Virus record (IMG/VR): IMGVR_UViG_3300025815_000010
Location: 1-64,000 of that record
Length of the DNA: 64,000 bases
Reading direction: 5' to 3' (one strand)
DNA from: a virus
How positions within the stretch are numbered: position 1 is the first letter of the stretch; each line of letters begins with the position of its first letter. This document shows, piece after piece, positions 62,401-64,000 of the stretch. The translations under genes were made by a program, and so were the position numbers. Under the pieces are notes generated by a model. The model was not told the origin of the DNA. It did not search any database and saw only the letters and a list, made by a program, of their open reading frames with translations.

Positions 62401-64000
62401 TTTCGGAAGGCAAAAGACCTGGCTTGTCGCTAGTTGGGTCTTTCATAATGTCTGGTATAACACTATTGAAAATACCAGCCTGTAACAGACTCATAAGGTC
62501 TTCTAAGTCAGCAGCTGTCTGATCTCTTAGGACACATAGCTGTCCCTCGATACAAGCCTCATCAACGCCCTTGGCGCGCAATGCTTCTGCTCTTGTAGCG
62601 CGGAACACATTAAGAAGTCCCATGTTATCGCAGACTTCTCTAGAGACAGGTAGATTTGTTGGATTTTGAATGCAAAGCTGATCAAGATCGACAAATATGC
62701 CTATTGCCTTAAAGAACTCATGAACCGAGTCTCTGTCGAATAAACACTCTGTTAGAGACGCTGTAACAGGATCAGTTCGGACGATTTCTACGACAAGGTC
62801 ATATAGATTATCAGACCCTTCGCCATTGATTAGATCAACTAGTTCACATTGTGTCACCACAGACGCTACGTTGTCCACTAGACGCCCCATCGCAACTGCG
62901 TCGGTGTAGCACCCCCTGTTGGCTAGAAGATCTGTCAGAGCGCCATCTACAAGCTCAGGATCGATATCCGCATTGCCACATAGATTAGCCTTTAGGGCAT
63001 CTCGTAGGTTGAGTGGATCTTGCCCTCTCCTCGTCTTACAAAGCTCTTCTGCTATTATTTCTAATATCTTCTTGAGAACAAGAATAAGAAGGCGGATAAG
63101 AAGTTCTTCCAGAACCCTCAGGGCATTATCAATAAGAATCTTAGAAATTGTGTTGAATTTTATTTTTGGTATAACAGGAATCGTGATAGAAGCCTGAAGC
63201 TCGCAGAAGTCTAGGTTAACGCCAGGTAGCTTAATAAACTCTTTTAGAGGTGGGTAGAAAAGCGGAGGCGCAATACAGAACTTGTCTATCTTCTGCAAAA
63301 TATTAACTGCGATTCCAGCGCCAGGAAGGTTGTTCAAAACATTTAATATTTCGTCTAGATTCAATAAGTCGTTGACAACCAAATCATAAATCACATCTTT
63401 TAGCTGTCCATAATCTTGTGGCGTTGCTGCTCTCTGCTCCCTACCCAGAGAACCTACCTGGGCTGGTGGATCGCTTAATGTTAATTCAGCTGTTACCGTC
63501 CCCGGTGTTCTGGTGACTCCGACAAATCCCTGATCCCCAAGAGAGCCCAATGGAATGTCTTTGCTTGTATAGCTATTCTGTCTATCGTAGACTGGCTCTA
63601 TGACAGCCCCACCATCATCTAGAATTGTTACTGTTGCAAACCCAGCAAGGAACGGAAGTAATTGTGGAGCGACTTCATTTACGGAAGCTACGATTACTTC
63701 TTGTGCTTCAGGAGGCAAGCTACTAATAAACTTTCCTACAAATTCATCATCCATGCCCTTCACAGCAGCGCCAACGATTATAGAGATTGCGTCATCATAA
63801 CCAAGAGCGTTTAAGATGCAATCAACTGCAGCCTTGATGAGATCGATTAAGCCACACATTCCTAGATTGTTTAGCATCCCGCCGTACAGATCACCTAACT
63901 CTTTATAGCGCCCCCTTACCAAAAGCTCTGGTAAATCATTGATGAACCTATCACTTGTTAGATATTCCTTTAGCGTCATATCCGTGATTTGGAGAGCAAA
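59480..64000 (-). CDS. very large hypothetical protein, 5' end outside the window
   Basis: The frame stays open upstream of ATG 63979 to the window end (FALQITD-M), so the 1499-aa call is likely partial; Cys-rich helical N-terminal region. Confidence 0.7.
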   Translation of the reverse strand, partial: FALQITDMTLKEYLTSDRFINDLPELLVRGRYKELGDLYGGMLNNLGMCGLIDLIKAAVDCILNALGYDDAISIIVGAAVKGMDDEFVGKFISSLPPEAQEVIVASVNEVAPQLLPFLAGFATVTILDDGGAVIEPVYDRQNSYTSKDIPLGSLGDQGFVGVTRTPGTVTAELTLSDPPAQVGSLGREQRAATPQDYGQLKDVIYDLVVNDLLNLDEILNVLNNLPGAGIAVNILQKIDKFCIAPPLFYPPLKEFIKLPGVNLDFCELQASITIPVIPKIKFNTISKILIDNALRVLEELLIRLLILVLKKILEIIAEELCKTRRGQDPLNLRDALKANLCGNADIDPELVDGALTDLLANRGCYTDAVAMGRLVDNVASVVTQCELVDLINGEGSDNLYDLVVEIVRTDPVTASLTECLFDRDSVHEFFKAIGIFVDLDQLCIQNPTNLPVSREVCDNMGLLNVFRATRAEALRAKGVDEACIEGQLCVLRDQTAADLEDLMSLLQAGIFNSVIPDIMKDPTSDKPGLLPSEMPMETIALDNIYNSIFDAMSLSFTEDIIGKRGFLNMVLADSRGRGYRQHLGFQSSVLGPSVLNIYGSRGTRAYPPRDEWGDGANTPKDHNNWVTGPREFTEGTKIFKLPFLFNPLSSTGDGETEENTGNNSNGDEISGKAPALGGLPDKVAGHLQDSLINLSTPFNVGSGYTTNLFWFDYDNPDTMQFTFSFDYWTTPPDGQQHSWDGHRLRINMKNENWKDEGGDPYEEVISYFDIKSSVDDVIAGFKSNILSDYYIGGSSSPDSTFQALVEHSVYEYLGQPDTPRGDAAGSLQFDVEYDSAEDSMVIGFEKISQRILEALAELVAAEGSDNSPFVYGFDATKPPIIKYFHEEEFDGDIGAAVERYGGSEGNPPFYLKQPDNKGYLRIAQKIIPEFNPCEDSSDVVTFPDFSSLKSVCSEFSAKVPMDERAGLKVKGVSAERELPFDRHLSKASLGIIEGTIYATIRTYVVEVLMKGLPVLQYLALSEFNYGEMLSEFVIDKMEQGMKDAGRGKRFVEKYEDYWWLFLEQVVQNFGIKVNLGLITDITPEEQEALDFINQFVEDNWVYVPPGLITGLNSARRLAKRRKQNWDTIFQSTVGVNAVTGLPETVESPIISRCKTILRRYIRNEYARTTEIFSEGVSPNFKDVNDIILKSPTIIRGAIGTTEAGPYDVPNAAYFESSIAGVSATHPYDSPDILISNSNTPFVLERYLISKGSTDTANTFKLFGFVSNIFDAQIAHTGEVLAEDEVYFGLRISFIPSAARISNLTDSMGSALAGVSEETGYTHKAFNSLYKNAIPIASAEIQLTTDAYEAGLYNDYLQRLVCLLIETPAYKTLFEHCYPIPKYMDLLALYCVNTFVPSLARVEDGWAATANNKKRGGGRWIGAGKNGGMHTWRGNEGMKNSFKNTKLVARQTLEAACYTSYDYRDKDYMSPSEVYVDNLGSNSDLNPGIKWWQWSSLRPAPCKNGDD

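Noticed and set aside
874-63800. Dozens of 60-160 aa plus-strand ORFs and alternate-frame minus-strand ORFs in the track
   Set aside because: All lie inside long, motif-bearing minus-strand genes, show no recognisable motifs, and are the expected shadows of codon bias.
1-64000. Genome-wide stop-codon reassignment (TAG or TGA)
   Set aside because: Genes are full length in the standard code and all three stops end conserved genes at the expected places (for example TAG for primase, TGA for capsid).
1-64000. tRNA, rRNA, CRISPR array, diversity-generating retroelement
   Set aside because: Intergenic gaps are short and accounted for. By eye there is no cloverleaf, spaced direct-repeat array or reverse transcriptase; a tRNAscan/Infernal run would be the proper test.

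Overview
This window is a 64-kb segment of a large T4-superfamily-like (contractile-tailed) phage genome. Essentially every real gene is on the minus strand; the short plus-strand ORFs in the track look like antisense shadows. In transcription order (right to left): baseplate/tail-tip block (a giant partial protein, gp25-like, gp6/J-like wedge, DNRLRE protein, 2806-aa LamG/wedge protein, several hypothetical virion proteins); RuvC-like resolvase; an ~890-aa putative internal head protein; DnaG-type primase; fused SbcD-SbcC (Mre11-Rad50); a candidate lysis/membrane cassette; terminase large subunit; portal; a small CxxC-membrane-protein/peptide cluster; prohead protease; ribosomal protein bS21; scaffold; major capsid protein; two decoration-like paralogs; neck, tail terminator, sheath and tube proteins; a gp26-like chaperone; tape measure; tube initiator; LysM wedge protein; baseplate hub. 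Product calls come from recognising motifs and synteny, not from database searches. Features the ORF track does not show: (1) a probable programmed +1/-2 frameshift at a U7 run fusing the gp26-like chaperone to a gp51-like ORF; (2) a perfect 13-bp hairpin burying the primase start codon, overlapping a sigma70-like promoter placed to make a leaderless mRNA; (3) a 24-aa Cys-Cys peptide whose UAG is followed by a GC hairpin and is in frame with the prohead protease, next to a VKOR-like CxxCxxxW membrane protein and its decayed duplicate; (4) a recurrent ACTAHTTA candidate late-promoter motif; (5) peptidoglycan-binding modules inside head-assembly proteins; (6) a tail-collar (DUF3751-like) domain apparently split across separate genes. 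I saw no tRNA, rRNA, CRISPR array, intein, intron or transposase.
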